The notes beneath the pieces were generated by a model, which ran no database searches, was not told the origin of the DNA, and was given only the letters and a program-made list of their open reading frames with translations. A program made the translations under genes and the position numbers. This document shows, one piece after another, positions 32,277 to 41,624 of a DNA stretch of 64,000 bases; the stretch's first letter is position 1, and every line of letters begins with the position of its first letter. This DNA comes from Escherichia phage BF17, in sequence record MW822008.1. The stretch is one strand, 5' to 3'.

Positions 32277-32468
32277 ATGTTGATTTATCAATGTGATAAC
32301 ATTCGTGTTATGCAGCATCCATACTTACAAATCTTTGATGTGCAGCAGTATATGGAAGGTGATGATCCAAGAACCTATGGTCGTAAGTATGATTACTTCA
32401 CTGTAAAGCAGTGTCGTGACATCAAAGAAGTACGACAATTAGTTCAAGAACTTCAAAATAAAGGTTGA
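32277..32468 (+). CDS. hypothetical protein
   Basis: ORF track 32247-32468 trimmed to ATG 32277 after GAGGA. Confidence 0.5.
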   Translation: MLIYQCDNIRVMQHPYLQIFDVQQYMEGDDPRTYGRKYDYFTVKQCRDIKEVRQLVQELQNKG

Positions 32469-32494
32469 CTTCGGTCAACCTTTTTTGTTATAAT
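32463..32494 (+). promoter_or_regulatory. terminator hairpin with embedded -35 (TTGACT) and downstream -10 TATAAT
   Basis: GGTTGAC-TTCG-GTCAACC + TTTTTT, then TATAAT 18 bp after the TTGACT hexamer. Confidence 0.65.
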
Positions 32495-32523
32495 TATTTC
32501 ATCAACTACTGGGGATTTTAATT

Positions 32524-32964
32524 ATGTACGTATATCGTTTTGAACTTAAATTCAGTTATATTGAACCTAACTTAGATCCAGCAAAAACAGTAGGGCCGTT
32601 CGCACGGTACTCTTCACGATACAGTACTAAAAATGGATTTGACCGTTTGTGCATGACCACGCCTTCGCAATTCCAACCAGAACCAACTGAAGATGGAATC
32701 TATTCAATCAAACGTGGCTGGGCATTTGGCTGTCAGAGTTTGAATGATTTGTTTAAGTTCTTTACTATGGACTTGGGTAAATTACATCGTGCAGGGTTTG
32801 CTGTATCAGTATATGAAGTTCCTGATAATCATGTTGACATTGGTCGTAGTCAGGTTCAGTACTATTGTGGTAGTGCCAATCTGGTTCGTATTATGTCAGT
32901 GAGAGAAGCAAAGGATGAGTACCGCCAAAGTAAAAGAGTAATACATGAGGCTGTATATGGATAA
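32524..32964 (+). CDS. hypothetical protein
   Basis: 146-aa ORF. Confidence 0.65.
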   Translation: MYVYRFELKFSYIEPNLDPAKTVGPFARYSSRYSTKNGFDRLCMTTPSQFQPEPTEDGIYSIKRGWAFGCQSLNDLFKFFTMDLGKLHRAGFAVSVYEVPDNHVDIGRSQVQYYCGSANLVRIMSVREAKDEYRQSKRVIHEAVYG

Positions 32965-33301
32965 GACTCAAATAGAATTAAAAAAATTTGTATCGTTTTA
33001 TCTACCCAATGACCCACGTTGTACACAATATGATGTTGCATATTACAATGCATTGACTACACAGTTAATGAAGAAATTCAAACAGTGCTTGACTGTATTC
33101 AATGATGATGGTAGACGTAGATATAGAATCATTCCAATGAATGATGAAAACGATAACTACTTTGACTTTGATGTTGTTTTTCGAGCATACAATGATGATA
33201 GAATAAAATTAAATTATGAGCAAATAATGCTTGACCTGAGTGTTATCTGTGTTATAATTACTCACATAGCCGAACTTGATGGTTTAAAAGAATGGTATTA
33301 A
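32957..33301 (+). CDS. hypothetical protein
   Basis: ORF track 32945-33301 trimmed to ATG after GAGG. Confidence 0.55.
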   Translation: MDKTQIELKKFVSFYLPNDPRCTQYDVAYYNALTTQLMKKFKQCLTVFNDDGRRRYRIIPMNDENDNYFDFDVVFRAYNDDRIKLNYEQIMLDLSVICVIITHIAELDGLKEWY

Positions 33302-33315
33302 CTTAGAGGATAATC

Positions 33316-33582
33316 ATGAAGCTTAAATTACAATACAATGGTTTTACTTTGCGTAACGACACTGAGTTTGTCAATCGTTCACCCGGTGCTGAGTTGTTTT
33401 TGCGAGAGATGAACATTCCTTTCGTCATCACTACTGTTGGTGACCGTGAAGTGCTACAATACGCAGAGCATCAAGTTATTGATGTTCCGTGGTATTCTGA
33501 GCATATGTATATGGATATGGCCCGTCGCTACGACTGTAAGTTCGTAGTTGAAGGTGATAAAATTACAGTCCAATTCAAATAA
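33316..33582 (+). CDS. hypothetical protein
   Basis: 88-aa ORF, AGAGGA RBS. Confidence 0.6.
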   Translation: MKLKLQYNGFTLRNDTEFVNRSPGAELFLREMNIPFVITTVGDREVLQYAEHQVIDVPWYSEHMYMDMARRYDCKFVVEGDKITVQFK

Positions 33583-33593
33583 GGTAACTTAAA

Positions 33594-33887
33594 ATGATCA
33601 GTACTTCAGTAAATGCAAGCATCGTGGCAGACGTAGAAATGGTTAAAGAATGTACAGACGAAACCCTTCGCAACATGTACATCAATGATTTGATTTCAGA
33701 GTACGGAAGTCGTGGTGTTCATGAGTTTGTTCGCCTAAGCGGTGAATTGATGAAGAATCGCATTCGTATGAAGCTTAATGTGCATCCAAAAGCATGGGCG
33801 TTTACAATGAAGTACGCTGAAGATATTGTTGAGTTGCGTCGCAATGATGTGTATAATCGTTTACACAATGGTACATTAAAGGACTAA
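33594..33887 (+). CDS. hypothetical protein
   Basis: 97-aa ORF. Confidence 0.6.
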   Translation: MISTSVNASIVADVEMVKECTDETLRNMYINDLISEYGSRGVHEFVRLSGELMKNRIRMKLNVHPKAWAFTMKYAEDIVELRRNDVYNRLHNGTLKD

Positions 33888-33937
33888 ATTATAGGAATCC
33901 GTAAAAGGATTCCTGTTCTTGTTTATAAGGTAATAAA

Positions 33938-34162
33938 ATGAAATATCTAGTACTAGTACTGCTATTCTTGAGTACTGTTGTATGTGCTAAACCAAAGTAT
34001 CATGTAGTGTGTATCAACGAGATGGAAGGATATACTGAAACATATAAGAACCATATTGTTGAAGTTGCAGCCCAAGGTTCCTATGGGACCATCATCTTCC
34101 TTAAGAACAATGTGATTGTTCAGTACAAAAAAGATTTAAATTGTAAAGTGACTAAAAAATGA
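33938..34162 (+). CDS. hypothetical secreted protein
   Basis: 74-aa ORF with signal-peptide-like N-terminus. Confidence 0.55.
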   Translation: MKYLVLVLLFLSTVVCAKPKYHVVCINEMEGYTETYKNHIVEVAAQGSYGTIIFLKNNVIVQYKKDLNCKVTKK

Positions 34163-34232
34163 TCTAGATCAATTTTTCAGATATTCTCTGTAAATAATAG
34201 CAGTACAGAACATTATTTTACGGAGGTGTAAT

Positions 34233-34469
34233 ATGGAAACTATAATCATCATATGTGCGTTGTTTGCATTTTTGGTAATGTGGTCACCAACATTCATTGC
34301 ATATAAAATGAAAAATAAAAATGCAGAAGCAATTATGTACGTAAACTTATGTTGCATACTAACTTATGGAATACTTTTATTCTTTACTGAATTTACATTA
34401 ATCCCAGTAGTAGTTTGTTCATCAATGTTTATTTGGTTGTTTCTGCTTTATGAATCTATTAAAAAATAA
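34233..34469 (+). CDS. small membrane protein
   Basis: 78-aa ORF, hydrophobic; GGAGG RBS. Confidence 0.55.
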   Translation: METIIIICALFAFLVMWSPTFIAYKMKNKNAEAIMYVNLCCILTYGILLFFTEFTLIPVVVCSSMFIWLFLLYESIKK

Positions 34470-34523
34470 AAGATATAGGGTTGGTAATATGCCATCCCTT
34501 TTACTTTATGTGGGGTTTAATTA

Positions 34524-35096
34524 ATGAATAGAAAAGGTAAGTTCAAAGTATCAAAGAAGAACAAAAGTTCTAGATTTAGACCTATAACTTTAACTTTTAA
34601 GGCTAAAGAAGAATTAACTGCACTTAGTAAAAAGATAATTTCATCTAAGATTAAAGTATCATACGTAAATTCGGTAAAATTTCAGAAGGTTAAACCACAA
34701 GACAAACTCATTTCACTTATATTTAAACGTAATGATTTTGAGATATTAGTAGATGATTATAGAGCCTATAATGCTGGATTCATTCATGTCACTTGTAATA
34801 CCGAACTAACTGAGTTGGAACATTTGACATGTATCATAAGTGTAGATAACGGTGTGGTGAAGTACAATTTTTTACATTTTACCAATATCAATAATGGAAT
34901 GGGTGTACAATCCAGACCTATAGTACCTACATGTGATGTGACTAATTTAGCAAAGCTCAATGAAGAAGAATATTTTCAAGAAAGCATTGTAACTGAGCAT
35001 TTAGATGCTATAATAGCAACTTACAAAGAATGCATATGGGTTTTGAATGCGATAAAGCCCAAATTGTGTTTAATGAATGTCGTTCGTGATTTATAA
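34524..35096 (+). CDS. hypothetical protein (EE-x-F-Q motif family)
   Basis: 190-aa ORF; NEEEYFQESIV motif. Confidence 0.65.
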   Translation: MNRKGKFKVSKKNKSSRFRPITLTFKAKEELTALSKKIISSKIKVSYVNSVKFQKVKPQDKLISLIFKRNDFEILVDDYRAYNAGFIHVTCNTELTELEHLTCIISVDNGVVKYNFLHFTNINNGMGVQSRPIVPTCDVTNLAKLNEEEYFQESIVTEHLDAIIATYKECIWVLNAIKPKLCLMNVVRDL

Positions 35097-35109
35097 CTGG
35101 AGATGTAGT

Positions 35110-35553
35110 ATGGGTTGGATTAACGTTAATAGCATTGAACTAAATGAGCAAGACATATTTGCCTTTGTTAATTTGGTAGAGAACATTGCTATTAAAGGTC
35201 GTCTGTTTAGTTCATCGGACGGTAAAAAATGGATCTCTCTTATGAACGACAATGGCGAGATTTATGACGTTATGCAACTACCTCATTGGGCTTATAAGAA
35301 TACATCTGATGATGTGATGGCTGCTGTTATGCGTGAGTTTGAGAAGCTGCCAGGTGGTGATATTAAGAACATCGTATTCAATGCAGAACGCATGAACTAC
35401 ACACCAGAGCAGCTTCAACAGTTGGCAATTGCTGCCTATCAAGCTGCCATTAAGAAACCTGAATGTGTGATATTAAAGTACACACCGAACTTGAAGTTAA
35501 CATTAGAAGATATGGATTCCTTTATCTTCAGTTCAGAACTTAAACAGTACTGA
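35110..35553 (+). CDS. hypothetical protein
   Basis: ORF track 35077-35553 trimmed to ATG 35110 after GGAG. Confidence 0.6.
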   Translation: MGWINVNSIELNEQDIFAFVNLVENIAIKGRLFSSSDGKKWISLMNDNGEIYDVMQLPHWAYKNTSDDVMAAVMREFEKLPGGDIKNIVFNAERMNYTPEQLQQLAIAAYQAAIKKPECVILKYTPNLKLTLEDMDSFIFSSELKQY

Positions 35554-35664
35554 TTTGACTTTGGAACAACCATTTCATATGTGATATAATCTTAAGTGTC
35601 TGTTGAAATAAACAGCACATGAAGTATAAATATTAAAGTAATTTATCTCTTTAAGGAGTATGAA

Positions 35665-36048
35665 ATGGTTGATAAATGGAATAAGAAAGATCCATCGCAT
35701 GATGTGGATATTTCTGGAATTGATAATGCACATAAGCATAAGTATCTTGATTCACTAGGTCTACTAAAGCCTGACCAAAGTCTTGCACATGATCGTCCTT
35801 CACGTGAAAAAGCTTTCAGTCTAGAATCACTAGGCCATGAATTGAATCGTGTATTTGAAGATCATCCAATTTATGTACGTGATATCATTGAGAAACTTAA
35901 AGTGACTCCTAAAGAGCACTTCAAGGCAACAGTACACGCAGCATTCCGTGCACTACATGAAGCACTAAAGAAAACTCATAACCTTCGCAAGATTCATGAT
36001 GACATCGTGAACTCTATTGAAGGCGAAAAACATAAGTTTAAAAAATAA
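35665..36048 (+). CDS. hypothetical protein (shares SLGLL / PKE-x-K motifs with 36896 ORF)
   Basis: 127-aa ORF; AAGGAG RBS. Confidence 0.6.
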   Translation: MVDKWNKKDPSHDVDISGIDNAHKHKYLDSLGLLKPDQSLAHDRPSREKAFSLESLGHELNRVFEDHPIYVRDIIEKLKVTPKEHFKATVHAAFRALHEALKKTHNLRKIHDDIVNSIEGEKHKFKK

Positions 36049-36055
36049 TTAAAAG

Positions 36056-36088
36056 GGGTTGACTTCAGTCAGCCCTTTGTCGTATAAT
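36056..36088 (+). promoter_or_regulatory. hairpin with embedded TTGACT and downstream TATAAT (weak T-run)
   Basis: GGGTTGAC-TTCA-GTCAGCCC then CTTTGTCGTATAAT. Confidence 0.55.
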
Positions 36089-36257
36089 ATTTTCATCAAG
36101 TGATACAAAATACAAACAACGTGAGGTATTAAATTATGCAAGGTACTAAATTCATCATCGCTGCCCTAATCGCTGCTGTTGTAGTGGGTACAGTATGTTA
36201 TTCAATTGACACCTATATCAATACACCTAGTGTTGAACAAACCAAATAAGGGATATC

Positions 36258-36521
36258 ATGGCTGAAACATTATCACTATATGCGTTAGTACTGTTATTTG
36301 TCGGATTTCTTCCCGCACTCATTACCGCCATTCGTGTTGTTAAACATGAAGCTGCATTGATTGTATGTAGTATTGGGTCGAACATTCTATTGTATTTCTT
36401 TTTGACAAATACTATTGTACTGTTTGCTTTCTTTATCATGATTCTCTGGGTACTTGTAATTCTCGGATTCTTCATTTGGTCATTGGTTGATCCTAAGAAA
36501 AAATCAGGAGAAGTGAAATGA
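36258..36521 (+). CDS. membrane protein
   Basis: 87-aa ORF, hydrophobic. Confidence 0.55.
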   Translation: MAETLSLYALVLLFVGFLPALITAIRVVKHEAALIVCSIGSNILLYFFLTNTIVLFAFFIMILWVLVILGFFIWSLVDPKKKSGEVK

Positions 36522-36814
36522 AATTAATTATTGCAATGATGATGTGTTTGGCTTTCCCTGTACTGGCTACTCCTAATCTGGACTGCACACTGTTGCGTTC
36601 AGATGGTGACACACTTGAAATCAACACATATGAACTCTTTGGTCCAAGTGTAGTGGAGAATGAAACCACCTACAATTTCAAAGCTATTGACTTTGAAGGT
36701 AATGTTCCAGTACTAACTACAATGACTATTGACAAAACTACTTTACTCGGACGAATCACCACACAACGAGGTGAAAGTAAAACATTCACAGCGAAAGCTG
36801 ACTGTAACTACTAA
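36518..36814 (+). CDS. hypothetical secreted protein
   Basis: 98-aa ORF with signal peptide. Confidence 0.6.
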   Translation: MKLIIAMMMCLAFPVLATPNLDCTLLRSDGDTLEINTYELFGPSVVENETTYNFKAIDFEGNVPVLTTMTIDKTTLLGRITTQRGESKTFTAKADCNY

Positions 36815-36836
36815 TGGTATAGTACAGTGAAAATAG

Positions 36837-36867
36837 GGTTGACTTCGGTCAACCTTTTCTTTATACT
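36837..36867 (+). promoter_or_regulatory. terminator hairpin with embedded -35 and downstream TATACT
   Basis: GGTTGAC-TTCG-GTCAACC + TTTTCTTT then TATACT. Confidence 0.6.
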
Positions 36868-36895
36868 ATAAATATAGTCATAGAGAATAAACAAT

Positions 36896-38407
36896 ATGAA
36901 ATCTATGGAGAGAAATCAAATGCCAGGTCAATTTACTGATAAAAATGGCGGGAACATGGCAGGTCACTCTGATAAATGGAGTGAACGCAATCGTCGTCAA
37001 AATAGCTACCAAGCAGGACAGGGGTCACGTGGTTCACGTAATCAAGGGACAGGTTTAGCTGGTAAGGCAAACGCAGAAGCAGGTGAAGTTAAGAGTACTG
37101 AGAACATGACTGAGCTAGAAAAGCTACGTTATGTTAACTCATTAGGTCTTCTTAACGCAACACAGAAACAACGCCTTGCTGATATGGAACGTGCTGAGAA
37201 AGAACAAGCAGTTCCTAAAGAAGAACCAAAACCAGAAGCTCCTAAAGCAGCTAACCCTGTTAAAGAGTTATCTGATAACTTAGGTAAGATCTTTGCTAAC
37301 AAACCACAGTTGATTCAGGGTATTGTCAAAGCACTACAGGCAGTTCCTAAAGAAGAACTCAAAGGTAAAGCACAAGCTGTACTTGATGCAATGAAAGGTA
37401 ATAAGAGCACTGAACCCACTGAAGTATTCAGTACTATCATGCGTGCACTTGAAGGTACACACAAAGAAGATTCCAAAGAACCTGAACAGGGTGAAGCAAG
37501 TCTTGATGGTATTCTTAAAACTTTTGATAGTATTGGTAAAGCAGACCGTGCTAATGCCCAGCAAGTCAAGAATGTACTGGCTAAACTTGAAAACCGTTTA
37601 GAAGGTAAAGATGATAAGGTTAAGCTCGTATCAGATGCAGTTAACAGTGCACTTAAATCTTATGTACAAGGTGAGAAAAGTCGCTTCGTAACAGCTATGG
37701 ATGCTGCATTCAACACTATGAAAAAGTATGAAGCAGAACATGGTGAGAAAGTGACACCTGATGGATATCTACTACGTAAAGATGAAGAAGGTGCAGTTGA
37801 ACAGAAAGATGTTGAGCCTGAGCAAGAAGATCTACCTGATACCGTTGATATGGATGGATACATTCATCGTCCTGAGATGGAAGAGTTTGGGTCAGATAAA
37901 GAAGGTTTTGAACATGCAATGGCAGTATATAAAGCATTAGTTAAAAATCCAGATTATGCTAACCGTTTTGTTGACGAGTTTGATAGTGCATGGAATAACT
38001 ACAAAGAGAAAGGTTATGACTTCCCTGCTGAAGCTGCATTCTTTGAACTTGGTAAACTATTAGCTAAACATGGAATTGACGTTGGTTCATCTGATTCTGA
38101 CGGTATGGAAGAAGAACATCTTGAAATGACTGATAAATCAATTCATGAACTTCAAAAGTTAATGATGTGGATATCCGAGATTGGTAAAAAAGCAGGTGCT
38201 GATAGTAAAAGTATCAACAAAAATATTAGTTGGATTAAAGATAATGTTGGTAACAATGCTCGTAAACTTCAAAAGGCTTGGGCTGATTTAGTAAATGGTG
38301 CAGATGATGTTGACATTGAATCACCAGAAGCATATGAGTATGCACTAACTACACTTGATAACTCATTCAAAGAGTACGACCGTGGTGTTGGAAAGGATAA
38401 AAAATAA
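36896..38407 (+). CDS. hypothetical K/E-rich protein (503 aa)
   Basis: Largest plus-strand ORF; alternative start ATG 36920 after GGAG; low-complexity charged sequence. Confidence 0.75.
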   Translation: MKSMERNQMPGQFTDKNGGNMAGHSDKWSERNRRQNSYQAGQGSRGSRNQGTGLAGKANAEAGEVKSTENMTELEKLRYVNSLGLLNATQKQRLADMERAEKEQAVPKEEPKPEAPKAANPVKELSDNLGKIFANKPQLIQGIVKALQAVPKEELKGKAQAVLDAMKGNKSTEPTEVFSTIMRALEGTHKEDSKEPEQGEASLDGILKTFDSIGKADRANAQQVKNVLAKLENRLEGKDDKVKLVSDAVNSALKSYVQGEKSRFVTAMDAAFNTMKKYEAEHGEKVTPDGYLLRKDEEGAVEQKDVEPEQEDLPDTVDMDGYIHRPEMEEFGSDKEGFEHAMAVYKALVKNPDYANRFVDEFDSAWNNYKEKGYDFPAEAAFFELGKLLAKHGIDVGSSDSDGMEEEHLEMTDKSIHELQKLMMWISEIGKKAGADSKSINKNISWIKDNVGNNARKLQKAWADLVNGADDVDIESPEAYEYALTTLDNSFKEYDRGVGKDKK

Positions 38408-38417
38408 ACATTTAAAA

Positions 38418-38449
38418 GGTTGACTTCGGTCAACCTTTTTTTGTAAATA
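38418..38449 (+). promoter_or_regulatory. terminator hairpin with embedded -35; weak -10
   Basis: GGTTGAC-TTCG-GTCAACC + TTTTTTT. Confidence 0.6.
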
Positions 38450-38478
38450 TTGTAGAGGGTTTTATAAGAGGTAATGCA

Positions 38479-38730
38479 ATGTTTAAATATGTTTTATTTT
38501 CACTTGTATTGTTTACTGATATAGTTTATAGTACTGAATACCAGTGCTCCATTGCTAGACAGGAGTTTAGAAACGGTGAGTTCTATACCAAGTCTTACAC
38601 TAGAGGATTGGTACATGACAATAATAAAACTATAGGGTTCAATGCATTTGATAACAAAGATCGATATACGTCTGGAATACTATCTGAACGTAAGTCGGAT
38701 ATACTAGGTATCGAGCGTGAATTCCGGTGA
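38479..38730 (+). CDS. hypothetical secreted protein
   Basis: 83-aa ORF with hydrophobic N-terminus. Confidence 0.5.
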   Translation: MFKYVLFSLVLFTDIVYSTEYQCSIARQEFRNGEFYTKSYTRGLVHDNNKTIGFNAFDNKDRYTSGILSERKSDILGIEREFR

Positions 38731-39091
38731 CACGGTTGCAATGTGTAATGATATTGAGAGTACTAAGAAAGTATATACTAATGGTGAAAATACCTTTAGA
38801 TTCCACAATCTTACTACCAATGAAAGTTTATACTTCTACAACTGTAAAGAGTTCATTAAACCTGCGGATAACTCATGTGATATGCCGGAGCCAAAAGCTG
38901 CTGTATGTGAGGAACCACAATCTAAAGCTGACAAAGATTCAAAAGATAAGAAAGACAAAGCTGACAAATCGGATAAAAAAGAAAACAAAAAGAAAGCTAA
39001 AGATGATAAAGATAAAAAGTCCCCTAAGCCAAATCCATTTGAAAAGCCAAAGAATGAAAAGCCAAAACCAGACATGACATGTAAAATATAA
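38717..39091 (+). CDS. hypothetical protein with K/D-rich low-complexity tail
   Basis: ORF in +1 frame relative to upstream ORF, GTG start (first ATG at 38751); may be fused with 38479 ORF by frameshift. Confidence 0.4.
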   Translation: MNSGDTVAMCNDIESTKKVYTNGENTFRFHNLTTNESLYFYNCKEFIKPADNSCDMPEPKAAVCEEPQSKADKDSKDKKDKADKSDKKENKKKAKDDKDKKSPKPNPFEKPKNEKPKPDMTCKI

Positions 39092-39098
39092 AAGAAAA

Positions 39099-39131
39099 GG
39101 GTTGACTTCGGTCGGCCCTTTTTGCTATAAT
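39099..39131 (+). promoter_or_regulatory. terminator hairpin with embedded -35 (TTGACT) and downstream -10 TATAAT
   Basis: GGGTTGAC-TTCG-GTCGGCCC + TTTTT + GC + TATAAT. Confidence 0.65.
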
Positions 39132-39157
39132 CATTTCATCAACTACTGGAGGCAAAC

Positions 39158-39571
39158 ATGTTAAAAGTTATTTTCCGTTCTATCAGTTCATTACTTCTTA
39201 TGATTAGTTCAGTTTGTTATGCAAATGAAGTATCTGATTTATTTGAGAAGAATTACCCAACTGCACAAGAGATGGGTGTTTTAAAATGCAAGCTAACTTC
39301 GTACAACATCATCGGCAGTAAACTTGTACTGGAACATGAACGTAGTACACCAATCCCTCTAGTAGAAGAAGGTAGTACCTTTAGCTTCAAGTACGGGGTG
39401 AATGTAACATCTGGTGTAATGAACAATGTTGATGCAGAGACTGGTTCAACATGGAGTACTAGCGGTAAAGATGTGTTTCATCGTATGCGTGAAAATGGTA
39501 AACTGAAGTACGTATATGAAAGTTCATTCATGAAACGTGTATTCATTATAAAAAATTGTGTACCAGCATAA
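39158..39571 (+). CDS. hypothetical secreted protein
   Basis: 137-aa ORF with signal peptide; GGAGG RBS. Confidence 0.65.
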   Translation: MLKVIFRSISSLLLMISSVCYANEVSDLFEKNYPTAQEMGVLKCKLTSYNIIGSKLVLEHERSTPIPLVEEGSTFSFKYGVNVTSGVMNNVDAETGSTWSTSGKDVFHRMRENGKLKYVYESSFMKRVFIIKNCVPA

Positions 39572-39582
39572 GGAACAACATC

Positions 39583-39858
39583 ATGCGTTCATTTGAAAAC
39601 TTAATCGGTAAACTTCGCTTACAAGAAATTGAAGCTGATGTGAAGGAATTATCTGAAACTAAGAGTTACATTCATTTAGATGAACTGTTTATTAAGTACG
39701 GTGAGATTGGTTTTAAGTCATTATTTGTTTTTGTCATGAAGGTGCATAGTTTAAAGTACTTTGATTTGAGTTCAAAAGACGGACAACCAAATCTGTATTA
39801 CATGTATTATCTTAAGAACATAGACGAAGCTAATACATTATTCTTAGAATATATGTAG
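39583..39858 (+). CDS. hypothetical protein
   Basis: ORF track 39556-39858 trimmed to ATG 39583 after AAGGAA. Confidence 0.55.
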   Translation: MRSFENLIGKLRLQEIEADVKELSETKSYIHLDELFIKYGEIGFKSLFVFVMKVHSLKYFDLSSKDGQPNLYYMYYLKNIDEANTLFLEYM

Positions 39859-39867
39859 GGGTAAAAA

Positions 39868-40206
39868 ATGGAACAACATTTTGAATTAATTAATAAGGTA
39901 TCATTTTATGTAGTATCGTTAATTTGGGTGTATTACATGTTTTGTTACATTATTGCATTCTTCCGATACACGACCTTGTATCAACGCATATACTACGATG
40001 CACCAATTTCATTTTTGATGTTCAGTGCATGTACGTGGGGGATAATTGAAGCACTGGTATGTGGATATAGTACGGACGAATTAAATCTCGTATCGGTGTT
40101 GACATTACTAACAATTGCTACTATGATAGCTACAGTTCCGATATTTTTGCTCTTTAAACTGCTTCATCGCATCGATGAGTGGCGTAATAAAATCCCTGAA
40201 AAGTAA
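39868..40206 (+). CDS. small multi-pass membrane protein, paralog family (cluster A, copy 1)
   Basis: 112-aa; hydrophobic segments; motif F(R/K)Y-TL-x-R-YP and basic C-terminus WRNKIPEK. Confidence 0.65.
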   Translation: MEQHFELINKVSFYVVSLIWVYYMFCYIIAFFRYTTLYQRIYYDAPISFLMFSACTWGIIEALVCGYSTDELNLVSVLTLLTIATMIATVPIFLLFKLLHRIDEWRNKIPEK

Positions 40207-40215
40207 GGATTGATA

Positions 40216-40557
40216 ATGATTTTTTACACTAATGCGTTTGCTTATGCCGTTGCATCAATCTACATTGTGTACTTCTTATTTGGTGGAGTACTGTACTTCT
40301 TTAAGTACAAAACATTGTTTAACCGAATGTATCCAAATCACCCAATTGTAGTAGTACTTTTGATTATTTCTGTTGCTCACATCATTGTAGAAACAATAAT
40401 GGGTATTAGTGCAGTACATTACAGTCTAGGTACTATTGTAATTATTACTATGATCATCGCATACATTTTAGTAATGGGTTCTGGTTTATTTGGGAATGTA
40501 GCAATGAAAATGTATAATCGAATCAAAACATTACGTGATAATCTACCGGAGCGTTGA
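40216..40557 (+). CDS. small multi-pass membrane protein, paralog family (cluster A, copy 2)
   Basis: ORF track 40210 (TTG) trimmed to ATG 40216; C-terminus LRDNLPER. Confidence 0.65.
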   Translation: MIFYTNAFAYAVASIYIVYFLFGGVLYFFKYKTLFNRMYPNHPIVVVLLIISVAHIIVETIMGISAVHYSLGTIVIITMIIAYILVMGSGLFGNVAMKMYNRIKTLRDNLPER

Positions 40558-40558
40558 G

Positions 40559-40903
40559 ATGTATAATTTAAATTTAATATCATATATCATAACAACACTG
40601 TTTACTTTCTATGTCTTTGTTGGTATACTCCTACTGTACTTTAAATTTTATAAACTCTTTGACCGTTTATATCCATCATTGAAACATGAATTCTTATTGG
40701 TGATGTACATCTGTTTAACGTGTATGTCTACATTTTTCACTGTATTTGATGGTATCATCGGTATTAAAGCTGAAGATCCAAATGGGAGTACACTTGTTGC
40801 CTTTATTCTGGTAGGATTCTTCGGTACTTATATCACTTTCATTTCAACATGGTCTGTGGTTGATTATCTCATTAGATTACGAGATAAAATGCCAAATCGA
40901 TAG
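40559..40903 (+). CDS. small multi-pass membrane protein, paralog family (cluster A, copy 3)
   Basis: ORF track 40535 trimmed to ATG 40559; C-terminus LRDKMPNR. Confidence 0.65.
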   Translation: MYNLNLISYIITTLFTFYVFVGILLLYFKFYKLFDRLYPSLKHEFLLVMYICLTCMSTFFTVFDGIIGIKAEDPNGSTLVAFILVGFFGTYITFISTWSVVDYLIRLRDKMPNR

Positions 40904-40911
40904 GGGGTGCT

Positions 40912-41169
40912 ATGTTTGCATTGCGTAATAAAAATACAAAAGAGATTCTATGTATCTCAACAGTATGGGATTGTGCAGGAAGTGAAATGATTCTCGAAGA
41001 AGGTTCAGGTGATTGTGTTTATGTTGTACAGGATCGTCGCGAACTGGAATCATTACTTGACGAATTTAATGCTGGTGGAAATCCTAAAAGTACTCAATTC
41101 CCTGAGATCAGGAATCCAGCACCACCAGGCTCTTATGAAATTCTACAACTGTGGGAGATGGATAAGTAA
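40912..41169 (+). CDS. hypothetical protein
   Basis: 85-aa ORF. Confidence 0.55.
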   Translation: MFALRNKNTKEILCISTVWDCAGSEMILEEGSGDCVYVVQDRRELESLLDEFNAGGNPKSTQFPEIRNPAPPGSYEILQLWEMDK

Positions 41170-41429
41170 TGCGTCAAATGCACAAAGTAACCGAGCTAAA
41201 CAAGCGTCTGATTAAACAATCAATGTTTGAGGATAAAGAGTCTTACTATAACTTCAAACGTGCTGTAGAGGCTGCTATCCACATTCAGAAGCTTAAAGAT
41301 AGTGGATGTATTATTCTCGAAAATGGTTCTGACGTTGTTACTGATGACTTCAGTGTAGCGTTTGATGTTTCACCTGATGGTTCGCTATCAATGCCACGCT
41401 TAGGGACTGGTGACATGACTGTGTGGTAG
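41169..41429 (+). CDS. hypothetical protein
   Basis: 86-aa ORF. Confidence 0.55.
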   Translation: MRQMHKVTELNKRLIKQSMFEDKESYYNFKRAVEAAIHIQKLKDSGCIILENGSDVVTDDFSVAFDVSPDGSLSMPRLGTGDMTVW

Positions 41430-41549
41430 GTTTCACTATGGGGAATGTACCAGGCACGGTGTATGTAGATGATGCTGAGTTGAAAGAAAGCTTCAAAAAC
41501 TTATCGCATCTTGAACCACAATACGCACATGAAATGAATTTATTTTGAG

Positions 41550-41577
41550 TTGACAAACTCATTCAGTACTGTATAAT
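41550..41577 (+). promoter_or_regulatory. sigma70-like promoter TTGACA-N16-TATAAT
   Basis: ...TTCAGTACTGTATAATGTTTAT family. Confidence 0.6.
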
Positions 41578-41624
41578 GTTTATCAAGGGGATGAACTTCT
41601 CATCCCCACAATCGAGGAATTGTC

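Noticed and set aside
36896-38407. Calling the 503-aa K/E-rich protein a specific T4 protein (Alt or internal protein)
   Set aside because: Only low-complexity charged sequence is visible; no diagnostic motif recognised.
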